From the NCBI GenBank assembly GCA_043806595.1, contig JAZDGU010000021.1:1-36392 (forward strand): a stretch of 36,392 nucleotides of DNA, in the 5' to 3' direction. The number at the start of each line of letters is the position of its first letter. Positions within the stretch are counted from its first letter, which is position 1. A program made the position numbers and the translations under genes. The DNA is from Candidatus Micrarchaeota archaeon. GTDB taxonomy: Archaea > Micrarchaeota > Micrarchaeia > Norongarragalinales > SBBD01. Positions 1 through 8,251 of this stretch are shown here, piece by piece. The notes beneath the pieces were generated by a model that searched no databases, was not told the origin of the DNA, and was given only the letters and a program-made list of their open reading frames with translations.

Positions 1-1
1 C

Positions 2-1921
2 ATCTACCGCCAATATGAATTCTCCCTCGACGCAATCCTGTTCGGAACCGTGCTTCTGGTAATGGTGTCAGTGTTCTCCACAATACTCTGGCTCATCCAG
101 GACAGGAAGCTCGACAAGACGCTCGGCCTTGGGAGGGCGAAGCTTCTGGGCATAGTGCTCCTGACGGGGACCGGGCTCCTTCTCCTGACCGGATACGCCG
201 GCAAGGTCTTCGAATTCATCAATGGAAGCATCCTCACGGCAAGCGGCTCCAACGCGCTCTACAAGACCGTGCAGGAAGGCGCGGCGACGAACGCAGGGTA
301 CTTCCCGTCGGCCTTCGGGCCGCTGAACCCGGAAACCATCCTGCTGCTCGCGACGGCCATAGCAATCGCTTCCGCGTTCGTCGCGATATGGCAGAAGAAG
401 AGCCACGTCTACGCGCTCGCGTACGGCGCAGCCGCGGCCGCCGTCGTGTTCTTCAATTCCTACGTCGACGTCGTGCTGAAGATGGCCGCAGACGGCCTGC
501 TGGGCAGCGCGCCGGAGTTCTCCATGTTCCTCGGGTTCCTGATAACCAGCGACGTGTTCATCTTCATGATGGTGAGCATGCTCGCGGTGTTCCTCGCATA
601 CCTGTACTCGGAGGAGAAGGACCCGCTGCTGCTGCTCACCGTGCTGATAGTGTTCCCGGCGTCGTACGCCGGCCTCAGCCGAGTCAAGTACCTGCTCTAC
701 GTCGGCATCGCGCTCACCTTCGCCGTGCCGTTCATCCTCGGGGAATTCGGGAGGATCGTGCGCACTCTCAACGCCATGTTCAAGGCCGCATCCGAGAAGA
801 CTATTGGCTACGTCGTCATCGCCGTCGTCCTCATCACGGGGGCATGGAGCGCAAGCGCGCTCTACCCCGTTGCCAACGCGTCCTCGCAGGGCCTCCAGTA
901 CTCGCGCATGTCGCAGGACTGGGTGGACTCGCTGCAGTGGATCAAGGCCAACCTCAACGCCGACGACCGCGTCATAGCCTGGTGGGACTACGGCCACTGG
1001 ATAGTGTTCTTCGGCGGAAGCAAGGCCGTCATAGACCCAGGCAACGTCTACCCCGAGTTCGACCAGGAGGTCGCGCACGGATTCGTCAACGGCAACACGC
1101 AGGAGCTCATCGACACCATGCGCAAGCACGGCGCCACCTACGTGCTCTTCGACTCGGAGCTGTTCCCCAAGTGGGGCGCGCTGAACTACCTATCGGGCAC
1201 CTACAGCGGCCCGCAGAACAACTACACGCCCGAAATACCGGACTGGGAGCTCGGGCCGGGAAGGAGCCAGTACGAGTTCGAGCACTCCTTCGAGCAGATA
1301 TTCTCCGTCCTGCAATACAAGCCGGGCATGGCGCAGCCCCAGCCGTTCCCCTGCCCGGGGCTGATTCCGCGCACGATGTACTACTCGTCCTTCGGCAAGC
1401 AGTACTGCATGGACTCCGGCGGCAACTTCACGTGGCTCGATGGCGGCAACCTGCCCATACGCGACCCCGTGCTCATACGCGCCGGCGGCGAGAATTCTCC
1501 CCAACTCCAGCTCGTGGACAACGCCTCCGGCATCTACATCAACAACAACCCCGTGTTCATCAACGTCAACCCCGACCTCGACACGATAACCAACGGCACC
1601 GCCAGCAGCAAACTATTCAATGCCGCGTTCGTCCAGCTGTACTTCCTCGAACACCTCGAGGGCTTCGAGACGTCCTACAAGTCGCCCAACTCGCAGGTCA
1701 AGATTTTCAGGCTCGTCGCCGGCAGCGCGCCCGCATCAAGCATGCCATCCGAGCCTACTCCGGCGCCCGAGCCCGCTGCGCTCCCGACGCCGACCCCCGC
1801 TCCCGAGCCGGCGCAGGAAACGTCCCCGTCGCCCACCGAGGCGCTGATGGACGTCCTGCCCTCCCCGACTGAGGGGGCTACCGCCGACACGGAGGAACCG
1901 CCGTCCAACGCGACCGGATGA
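2..1921 (+). CDS. aglB: Oligosaccharyltransferase AglB (STT3 family), 5'-truncated by the window edge
   Basis: Frame is open from base 2. Multiple TM segments are followed by a soluble domain with the diagnostic IAWWDYGHW motif, and then a Pro/Thr/Glu-rich C-terminal tail. Confidence 0.93.
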   Translation: MYRQYEFSLDAILFGTVLLVMVSVFSTILWLIQDRKLDKTLGLGRAKLLGIVLLTGTGLLLLTGYAGKVFEFINGSILTASGSNALYKTVQEGAATNAGYFPSAFGPLNPETILLLATAIAIASAFVAIWQKKSHVYALAYGAAAAAVVFFNSYVDVVLKMAADGLLGSAPEFSMFLGFLITSDVFIFMMVSMLAVFLAYLYSEEKDPLLLLTVLIVFPASYAGLSRVKYLLYVGIALTFAVPFILGEFGRIVRTLNAMFKAASEKTIGYVVIAVVLITGAWSASALYPVANASSQGLQYSRMSQDWVDSLQWIKANLNADDRVIAWWDYGHWIVFFGGSKAVIDPGNVYPEFDQEVAHGFVNGNTQELIDTMRKHGATYVLFDSELFPKWGALNYLSGTYSGPQNNYTPEIPDWELGPGRSQYEFEHSFEQIFSVLQYKPGMAQPQPFPCPGLIPRTMYYSSFGKQYCMDSGGNFTWLDGGNLPIRDPVLIRAGGENSPQLQLVDNASGIYINNNPVFINVNPDLDTITNGTASSKLFNAAFVQLYFLEHLEGFETSYKSPNSQVKIFRLVAGSAPASSMPSEPTPAPEPAALPTPTPAPEPAQETSPSPTEALMDVLPSPTEGATADTEEPPSNATG

Positions 1922-1930
1922 TGAGTGCCG

Positions 1931-2908
1931 ATGGTCCTGCTGCAAGTCCCGGAAATCCTGCTGCTCTCCCTACTGCTGTCGTTCGCCGCCGCGTTCCTCG
2001 CCGTGCCGTTCGTCATGCGGAACTCTCGGCGCGTGGGCCTCACGGGAAAGGACCAGAACAAGCCCGACCGCCGGGAAGTGCCCGAGATGGGCGGGATAGC
2101 CATAGTGTTCGCCATCAGCCTGGGTTTCCTGACGGCCATCGCGCTCGGCTACAACAACGACGGCATCGACAAGGTGCTCCTCCTCGGCTCACTCGGAACG
2201 GTGCTGTCCATGGGCCTCCTCGGCGCCGTCGACGACGTCTTCGCGCTCAAGAAGAGCGTCAAGGCGCCCATCCCGTTCCTCTCCGCGATCCCACTGAGCG
2301 CGGTGCGCGCGGGCCATAGGATAATGAACCTGCCTTTCGCCGGCAGCGTCAACCTCGGCGCCTGGTACCCGCTCGCGGTCGTCCCGCTGGGGGTCGGGGG
2401 GGCATCGAACGCGTTCAACATGCTGGCGGGACTCAACGGCCTCGAGGCCGGCATGGGCATCATCATCTCGCTCGCAATCGCGCTCGCGGCGCTGCACACC
2501 GGCGCGGTGGAGGCGCTCGTGATTTCGGTGAGCCTGCTGGGAGCGCTGCTCGCCTTCCTCTATTACAACAGGTATCCCGCGAAGGTCTTCCCCGGGGACG
2601 CGGGCACCTACACCATTGGCGCGACGATCGCGTGCGCGGTCATCGTCGGCAACCTCGAGCTCCTCGGCGTGGCGCTGTTCGTGCCGTACTTCTTCGAGCT
2701 CGCGCTCAAGGCGCGAACCGGCCTCCGCGGCCAGTCCTTCGGAATCGTACAGCAGGACGGCACGCTCAAGCCCCCCGCCAAAAAGACGTCGCTCACGCAT
2801 TTCGCCATGTCCGTCGGCAGGCTCAAGGAGCCGCAGGTCGTGGGCGTGCTGCTAGCCATGGAGTGCCTCGTCGCGGTCACCGCGCTCGCCGCGCTGTTCG
2901 TCCGCTAG
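1931..2908 (+). CDS. aglH: UDP-GlcNAc:dolichol-phosphate GlcNAc-1-phosphate transferase (AglH/GPT, MraY-like family)
   Basis: Motifs GKDQNK, VPEMGG, GAVDD, NAFNMLAGLNGLE and NRYPAKVFPGDAGT in a polytopic membrane protein. Start is ATG 1931 or GTG 1925. Confidence 0.85.
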   Translation: MVLLQVPEILLLSLLLSFAAAFLAVPFVMRNSRRVGLTGKDQNKPDRREVPEMGGIAIVFAISLGFLTAIALGYNNDGIDKVLLLGSLGTVLSMGLLGAVDDVFALKKSVKAPIPFLSAIPLSAVRAGHRIMNLPFAGSVNLGAWYPLAVVPLGVGGASNAFNMLAGLNGLEAGMGIIISLAIALAALHTGAVEALVISVSLLGALLAFLYYNRYPAKVFPGDAGTYTIGATIACAVIVGNLELLGVALFVPYFFELALKARTGLRGQSFGIVQQDGTLKPPAKKTSLTHFAMSVGRLKEPQVVGVLLAMECLVAVTALAALFVR

Positions 2909-2948
2909 TGTACCGGGACGGGCCTCGGACGAGGGGGCTCGCGAAATT

Positions 2949-3377
2949 TCAAACGGTTCTCGCGCGCAATACTAACGCACATTTCGCGCACCCGCGGATA
3001 CCATGGATGGGATTCGACTTTTTTTGAAGGCGTAAACGGTTCAAACCGGGGTAGGGAGCGATGGTGTTCAAATTCGCCTCCAGCAGCTTTTGATGCGGGA
3101 ACGGTTCCTTGCCGAAGCGCCTGAGAAGCTCCGAAGTCCCCTTCCATTTCAATTCGCGCATATCCGGCACATAGACAAGTATCCGGTCTCTGCCCGGGTT
3201 GAAATCATGCGCGAGCACTTTAGACTGCCTGACCCGCACTGCCCCAGTCAGACCCATCTTGCGGAAGACGTGGCGGAAAATCACCGCAGCAACCGGGCTG
3301 GAAAATCCTGAATTGCAGAACACCAAAACCTTCAACGGCTCCGAACGCCGGAGGAACGAAATGCCCGGAATCTTCAA
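2949..3377 (-). CDS. Orphan basic protein with a PTS-IIB/LMW-phosphatase-like Cys P-loop
   Basis: 142-aa ORF with a TTG start that fills an otherwise empty, visibly more AT-rich gap. Contains KVLVFCNSGFSSPVAAVIFRH. Confidence 0.45.
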   Translation of the reverse strand: MKIPGISFLRRSEPLKVLVFCNSGFSSPVAAVIFRHVFRKMGLTGAVRVRQSKVLAHDFNPGRDRILVYVPDMRELKWKGTSELLRRFGKEPFPHQKLLEANLNTIAPYPGLNRLRLQKKSNPIHGIRGCAKCALVLRARTV

Positions 3378-3548
3378 GCGCGTAATAGGGCTATTGCGGA
3401 TACAAGTATAAAATTCCTTGCAGGGGGCAGTTGCCTACGATTCAAAACGGTTTTCCCCATCGCCCCGCCACGCCTTCCCCGTCCCTAATTACCGCTCGGC
3501 TACGCCTCGCAATCCAAGCTCACTTTACTGGAATGGCATATGCTCTCG

Positions 3549-3555
3549 TTTAAAA
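3549..3555 (+). promoter_or_regulatory. Putative TATA box for argS
   Basis: TTTAAAA lies about 25-30 nt upstream of ATG 3579. Confidence 0.45.
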
Positions 3556-3578
3556 CGATTCTGCCATAAAACGATACC

Positions 3579-5303
3579 ATGGACTACGCGTTGGGCAAGG
3601 CAATGGGGGAGGCCGGCACGCTCGCGGCCGCTGCCCTGGGGAACAAGCCGGAGGAGGCAAGGATCGGCCTGTCGAAGAACCCCGAGCTCGGCGACCTGAC
3701 GTGCGCAGCGGGCTTCGAAATCGCGAAGCGCCGGCCGGGCGCCGGCGGCCCAAAGGAAATCGCGGAGGAGGCCGCCAAGAAAATCAGGGCAGAAATCGCG
3801 TCCTCGTCGTTCTTCTCCGACGTCTCCGCCGCGAACGGCTACGTCAACTTCAGGTTCTCGCCCGCATTCTACGCTCTCGCGGCGCACCAGTCAGGCCAGA
3901 GGGACTACGGCCGCGGGGAAGGCGGCGTGGGGAAGACCGCGATAGTGGAATATTCGTCGCCGAACGTCGGCAAGCCCATGCACGTCGGCCACATCCGCAG
4001 CACCATCCTCGGCGAGGCCATAGCGCGCCTGAAGCGCTTCCAGGGCTACGACGTCGTCTCGAGCAATTACCTCTGCGAGGCGGGCACACAGACCGCTAAG
4101 CTGCTGCTCGCGGCCAAGCTCTTCGGACCCGCGGAAATCGGCACCGAGAAGGAACTCCTCGAATACTACGTCCGCATACACAAGGAGCTGGAGGCGAAGC
4201 CGGAGATGGAGGAGGAGGTCAGGGCCCTCGTCGGGAAGATGGAGGGCGGGGACGAGGCGACGCTCGCGCTCCTGCGGAAGGTCCGCAGGGTGAGCGTCGA
4301 GCCCTTCCATAGAAACTACGAGATGCTCGGCATCAAATTCTCGGAGGAGGTCTTCGACTCGGACTACGTCGGCGTGGGCAGGGCGCTCGCGAGGGAATGC
4401 GTCGATAAGGGCCTTGCCTTCGTTGACAAGAACGGGGAGACCGTCGGCGACCTCGAGAAAATGGGCCTGCCAAACCTCGTGATACTCCGCAGCAACGGCA
4501 CCACCCTTTATTCCACGCGCGACCTCGCGCTCGCGCAGAGCCGCTGGGAGAGGTTCCACTTCGACTCGTGCCTGATCGTGACTGCGAGCGAGCAGAACCT
4601 GCACTTCCGGCAGGTCATCGCCCTGCTGAAGGCCCTCGGCCGCCCCTACGCGGAAAACTACCGCCACCTCGGCTTCGGGCTGATCTCGCTGGAGGGGGGC
4701 AGGCTGTCCACGCGCGCGGGCCGCGTGCTGCTGCTCGAGGAAGTCGTCGCCTCCGCGGTTTCCATGGCGTTAGAGGAGGTCAGGAAGCGTCAGGAGTATT
4801 CCGAGGAGGAGGCCGGAAAGATTGCGAGGGCCGTCGGCGTCGCGGCGCTCAAGTATTCCATACTCCGCATACAGGCGGAGAAGGACATCACCTTCAGGCT
4901 GGCAGACGCGGTCAGGTTCGACGGCAACACCGCGGCGTACCTGCAGTACACGTGCGTGAGGGCGGAGAACATACTGAGCAAGGCCTCCGCGGAAAACGGC
5001 GGCAAAACCGGTGCCGGCCCCGAGGAATACGGGTTCAACCCCGGCGAACGCCGGCTGGCCGGCATGCTCGCGCAGTTCCCTGCGGTTTGCGAGAACGCCG
5101 CGCGCTCGGACTCTCCGGCGGCGCTGTGCAACTACCTCTTCGAGGTCGCGACGGCTTTCTCCAGCTTCTACAGCGGGTCGCCGGTGCTCAAGGCGGAAAG
5201 CGCCACTGCAAGGAAGGCGAGGCTCGGAATCGTGAAAGGCTCGGCGAACGTCCTGCAAAAGGGCCTCGAGCTGCTCTCCATAGAAGTCCCCGAGAAGATG
5301 TGA
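3579..5303 (+). CDS. argS: Arginine--tRNA ligase
   Basis: VEYSSPNVGKPMHVGHIRS (HIGH motif), RSNGTTLYSTRD, LSTRAG, GNTAAYLQY, and a C-terminal IEVPEKM. Confidence 0.97.
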   Translation: MDYALGKAMGEAGTLAAAALGNKPEEARIGLSKNPELGDLTCAAGFEIAKRRPGAGGPKEIAEEAAKKIRAEIASSSFFSDVSAANGYVNFRFSPAFYALAAHQSGQRDYGRGEGGVGKTAIVEYSSPNVGKPMHVGHIRSTILGEAIARLKRFQGYDVVSSNYLCEAGTQTAKLLLAAKLFGPAEIGTEKELLEYYVRIHKELEAKPEMEEEVRALVGKMEGGDEATLALLRKVRRVSVEPFHRNYEMLGIKFSEEVFDSDYVGVGRALARECVDKGLAFVDKNGETVGDLEKMGLPNLVILRSNGTTLYSTRDLALAQSRWERFHFDSCLIVTASEQNLHFRQVIALLKALGRPYAENYRHLGFGLISLEGGRLSTRAGRVLLLEEVVASAVSMALEEVRKRQEYSEEEAGKIARAVGVAALKYSILRIQAEKDITFRLADAVRFDGNTAAYLQYTCVRAENILSKASAENGGKTGAGPEEYGFNPGERRLAGMLAQFPAVCENAARSDSPAALCNYLFEVATAFSSFYSGSPVLKAESATARKARLGIVKGSANVLQKGLELLSIEVPEKM

Positions 5304-5308
5304 ATGGA

Positions 5309-6064
5309 ATGAGGCAGAACGCCAAGCTCGTGGGATTGAGGAAGCTCGAGCGGATTACCCGCGGCCTGAAAGGCTGCAGCGTCGCGCCATATCGCGTATA
5401 TTCGTCGCCATCGCAGTTCAGGATGGAGCATGCGGGAAACTCGCCCAGACTGATGGTGCGCACGGATGAGGCCGGGAGAAATTACAAGGAACTCCCCCAC
5501 TCCGAAATGCCGCGGCTGGACATCGACCTTCACGCAGGCCACATCGTTGTGTTCGACGGGCAGCATATGAGGCCGGCCACTGATTCCGGATCTCCCTCGG
5601 CCCGCCAAATCCTCATCCGCCACGAGCTCGAAATGCTATATGGGCACCCAGCGCTGCACCGCTCTAGTAGGGACCGAGTGAAATTCATCGTTCACCCGAC
5701 AGGGCCGCGCAACCAGTTCGCCTTCGCCGGAAAAATCGTCTTCCGCGACGGCAAGGCCAGCCTGACCCTGCGACCGGACCCTCCAGAGGACAAGCATGCC
5801 CACCGGGACCTGATGTCCGCCACCGGAAACCACTACTTCAGAATGGATTTCTCCAAAGACGGGGATATGAAATGGGAGAATGCGGAGACGGCACCCCCCG
5901 ACAGAGACGAGGTCGTCGAGAAGATCGTGGAGCATGCCCGCGATTTCGTGGTCAAGGGGATTAGGACACGCAGGCTAAGCAAAGAATGGTGCGATGCGTG
6001 GTTCGTGACTTGGAAAAAGCAGCCCACACACCTGGAATTCCACGACCTGCGGGAATTCCGCTGA
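5309..6064 (+). CDS. Hypothetical protein (251 aa), possibly a degenerate PEP-synthase-type ATP-grasp domain
   Basis: ATG 5309 follows the argS stop by 5 nt. The ORF fills the gap up to the convergent alba gene and has a globular-looking composition. Confidence 0.6.
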   Translation: MRQNAKLVGLRKLERITRGLKGCSVAPYRVYSSPSQFRMEHAGNSPRLMVRTDEAGRNYKELPHSEMPRLDIDLHAGHIVVFDGQHMRPATDSGSPSARQILIRHELEMLYGHPALHRSSRDRVKFIVHPTGPRNQFAFAGKIVFRDGKASLTLRPDPPEDKHAHRDLMSATGNHYFRMDFSKDGDMKWENAETAPPDRDEVVEKIVEHARDFVVKGIRTRRLSKEWCDAWFVTWKKQPTHLEFHDLREFR

Positions 6065-6078
6065 AGCGGCCGATAGAA

Positions 6079-6591
6079 CTACTTGCCGAGCAGGATGTCC
6101 ATGCTGCTGACCTTCGTCTGCCTGCCGTCCTCGCTCGTGAGCTCCTCAGTGCCGAGCGTGACCGACTTGACCTGAAGGTCCCTCATGAACCGGTGGATGA
6201 CTATCTGGCTGACGTCCACTGCCGTGACGATGGACTTGCCGCGCGCCTTGACATGCACCTCGCTCAGCCCGGAGTTGAACTGCGTGACGACCGCGAGCAC
6301 GTACGCCATGGTCTCCTTCTTGCCTACGTAGATGACATTGCGCTCGCTCGGGTCGCGCGGCGGGCGGTTCTGCATGGGCCTTCGCTCGTCGCGCGGGCGC
6401 TCGCGGCGCTGGAACTGATGTTGCTGCTGGCCATCGCGCTCCTGCCGCGGGGGCCGTTGGACCGGCTGCTCCTGGCGCGGTTTTGGTTGCACGTTCTGCG
6501 GCGGCGCGACCGGTTCCGTTGCCGGGGCTTGCGGAGTCGGCTGCGGTTTTTGGGTCGATACGGGGGTTTCCTGCGGTTGCGCTTCGTCCAT
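6079..6591 (-). CDS. albA: DNA/RNA-binding protein Alba with a long disordered N-terminal extension
   Basis: Core NVIYVGKKETMAYVLAV...VHVKARGKSIVTAVDVS...VSSMDILL. ATG 6591 is preceded by an SD-like AGGTGGT (6597-6603, minus strand). Confidence 0.93.
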   Translation of the reverse strand: MDEAQPQETPVSTQKPQPTPQAPATEPVAPPQNVQPKPRQEQPVQRPPRQERDGQQQHQFQRRERPRDERRPMQNRPPRDPSERNVIYVGKKETMAYVLAVVTQFNSGLSEVHVKARGKSIVTAVDVSQIVIHRFMRDLQVKSVTLGTEELTSEDGRQTKVSSMDILLGK

Positions 6592-6641
6592 GACAGACCA
6601 CCTGTCGAGGTTAAACGGGTGAACCCCGCCTGCGGCGGGAA

Positions 6642-7133
6642 TCACTTGAACTCGGAGTCGAACTTGCCTTCGTCGATCTCCTTCAATATCTCCTTGGGGT
6701 CCCTTCCTTCCACGGTGATGCCCATGCTCTTGCACGTGCCGACGACCTGCTTGACGTGCGCCTTGAGGGTCTTGGAGAGCATGCCGCCCTCCTTCATCCT
6801 TGCGACTTTCACCGCCTGCGCGACCGTGACGTTGCCGATGACCTTCTTGCCCTTGACTCCGGACTCCTCCTTCACCGGCTCCGTCAGGCCGAGCTCGTGC
6901 TTGAGCAGGCCGGACACCGGCGGCGTGCCGACGTCGATTTCGAACTCCTTGCTGTCGGTGTCGACGACGACCTTGACCGGCACGGACAGGCCGACGAAGG
7001 CCTTCGTCTTCTCGTTGATGGCGGCGAGCACCGCGCCGATGTTCACCTTCGCGGCGCCGAGCGCCGGGCCCAGCGGCGGGCCGGCGTTAGCCTTGCCCCC
7101 CTCAACCATCACCGGAATCGTCAGCTTTCCCAT
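6642..7133 (-). CDS. rpl11: 50S ribosomal protein uL11
   Basis: VEGGKANAGPPLGPALG, VPVKV, GTPPVS and VVGTCKSMGITVEG. Start is ATG 7133 or GTG 7142. Confidence 0.97.
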   Translation of the reverse strand: MGKLTIPVMVEGGKANAGPPLGPALGAAKVNIGAVLAAINEKTKAFVGLSVPVKVVVDTDSKEFEIDVGTPPVSGLLKHELGLTEPVKEESGVKGKKVIGNVTVAQAVKVARMKEGGMLSKTLKAHVKQVVGTCKSMGITVEGRDPKEILKEIDEGKFDSEFK

Positions 7134-7148
7134 TTCCTGCACCCTGGT

Positions 7149-7583
7149 TTATTGCGCGAGCGGCTTTATCGTGAATAGCTTTATGGTCACCGGTATCGGC
7201 ACCGCGACCTCTACGAGCTCCACGATGACGTCATCCTTGTCCTTGAATATGCGCACGATTTTCGCCTTCTCGCCCTTGAAAGGCCCGCTGATTATCTCTA
7301 CCATCTGGCCCTCCTCGACGTTGATCTCCTGCGGCTTGCTCTCGAGCATGTCCTTCAGGTCCTCGAGCTGCATCGGCTTCTGGAGCATCCCCTTGACGTG
7401 GGGGACGTTGGTGATGAGCCGCTTGGCCTCGACCTCGTTGTCGACCTCCGCGATGATGTAACCCTTGAGGTAGGGCGAGACCACGACGCATTTCGCCGGG
7501 ACCTTGGTCTTCTTGATCTTCTCGTGGAGCAGGTCGGCCACGATGTTCTCCTGGCCGGCCGTCACCCTGAAGGCGTAAAGCAT
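7149..7583 (-). CDS. spt5: Transcription elongation factor Spt5 (NusG family)
   Basis: NGN domain (YAFRVTAGQE, LKGYIIAE) plus a KOW motif (VEIISGPFKGEKAKI). Canonical position between secE and rpl11. Confidence 0.96.
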   Translation of the reverse strand: MLYAFRVTAGQENIVADLLHEKIKKTKVPAKCVVVSPYLKGYIIAEVDNEVEAKRLITNVPHVKGMLQKPMQLEDLKDMLESKPQEINVEEGQMVEIISGPFKGEKAKIVRIFKDKDDVIVELVEVAVPIPVTIKLFTIKPLAQ

Positions 7584-7596
7584 TTGAACAACCTTT

Positions 7597-7812
7597 TTAG
7601 TGGCCGCGGATGAAGTACGCGACCATGGATATGGCGAAGCCGATGACGCCGATGATTACCATTCCGATGGCCGTGCTCGTCGCAATCTGGCGAAACTCGA
7701 CCATGTCGGGCTTGTGCGTGACGTTCAGCACGCGCTCGCTCTGCTTGATGAAGATGTCGAGCTTGTGCCTGAGTCCGGCCATCCCCTTCGGTTCGTCCGC
7801 GGCTTCGTCCAT
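7597..7812 (-). CDS. secE: Protein translocase subunit SecE (Sec61-gamma)
   Basis: RVLNVTHKPDMVEF followed by a single C-terminal TM helix (IGMVIIGVIGFAI), directly upstream of spt5. Confidence 0.92.
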   Translation of the reverse strand: MDEAADEPKGMAGLRHKLDIFIKQSERVLNVTHKPDMVEFRQIATSTAIGMVIIGVIGFAISMVAYFIRGH

Positions 7813-7983
7813 TTGAAAGACCCCCTTCTCTGCCGGCGCTGTCCCGAAATAAACGTTTTAAATACGGGAGAGCGCGCGGAAAAAAGAAGTAGCACTATTG
7901 GGCAGCGAGCAGTTTATAAGCGTTTTGACGCGGGCGTGAGATTGGTGCAGCGCCGTCAACGGCGGAGGCGCGGTTTAGGAAGG

Positions 7984-8007
7984 CTTAAATATGCCGTATA
8001 CCATATT
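7984..8007 (+). promoter_or_regulatory. vapBC promoter TATA box overlapped by an inverted-repeat operator
   Basis: CTTAAATA at 7984-7991, perfect inverted repeat AATATG-N8-CATATT at 7988-8007, then an SD-like GGGAGG before ATG 8027. Confidence 0.55.
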
Positions 8008-8026
8008 ATTTGGGAGGCGAAAACGC

Positions 8027-8251
8027 ATGGTGAAGACTACGGTCGTGATACGGGACGAACTCTACGAGGCGCTCGTGCAGTTCTCGCAAAACACCCTGCA
8101 CGGAAAGAGGAAGGTCTCCGCTGCCCTGAATTCGATTCTAGGCGACTTCTTCGGGAGGCGCAAGGACATGTATGGCATCCTGAAAGCCACGCCCAAGCAG
8201 CGTGCGCTCATGTACAAGGACCTGCGTGAGAAAAATGACGGCCTTGATTGA
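8027..8251 (+). CDS. Antitoxin, VapB-like (ribbon-helix-helix type)
   Basis: 74 aa. The N-terminal KTTVVIRDELYEAL has a strand-helix pattern, and the gene overlaps the downstream PIN gene by 17 nt. Confidence 0.75.
   Translation: MVKTTVVIRDELYEALVQFSQNTLHGKRKVSAALNSILGDFFGRRKDMYGILKATPKQRALMYKDLREKNDGLD

Noticed and set aside
388..1872. Long alternative-frame and antisense ORFs (e.g. 388-1872, 5986-7461, 11628-13508, 17404-18417, 21894-23024, 31748-33091)
   Set aside because: They overlap well-supported genes and have the Arg/Ala/Gly-rich or mirror-codon composition expected of shadow ORFs in high-GC DNA.
3378..3548. Short hairpins in the orphan-argS intergenic region (CGTAATAG-GG-CTATTGCG; GGC-TAC-GCC)
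   Set aside because: They are short, imperfect and single-copy in the window, so cannot be distinguished from chance.
4568..5308. N-terminal half of the 498-aa ORF 4568-6064
   Set aside because: It overlaps argS out of frame. Only the part from ATG 5309 looks like a real gene.
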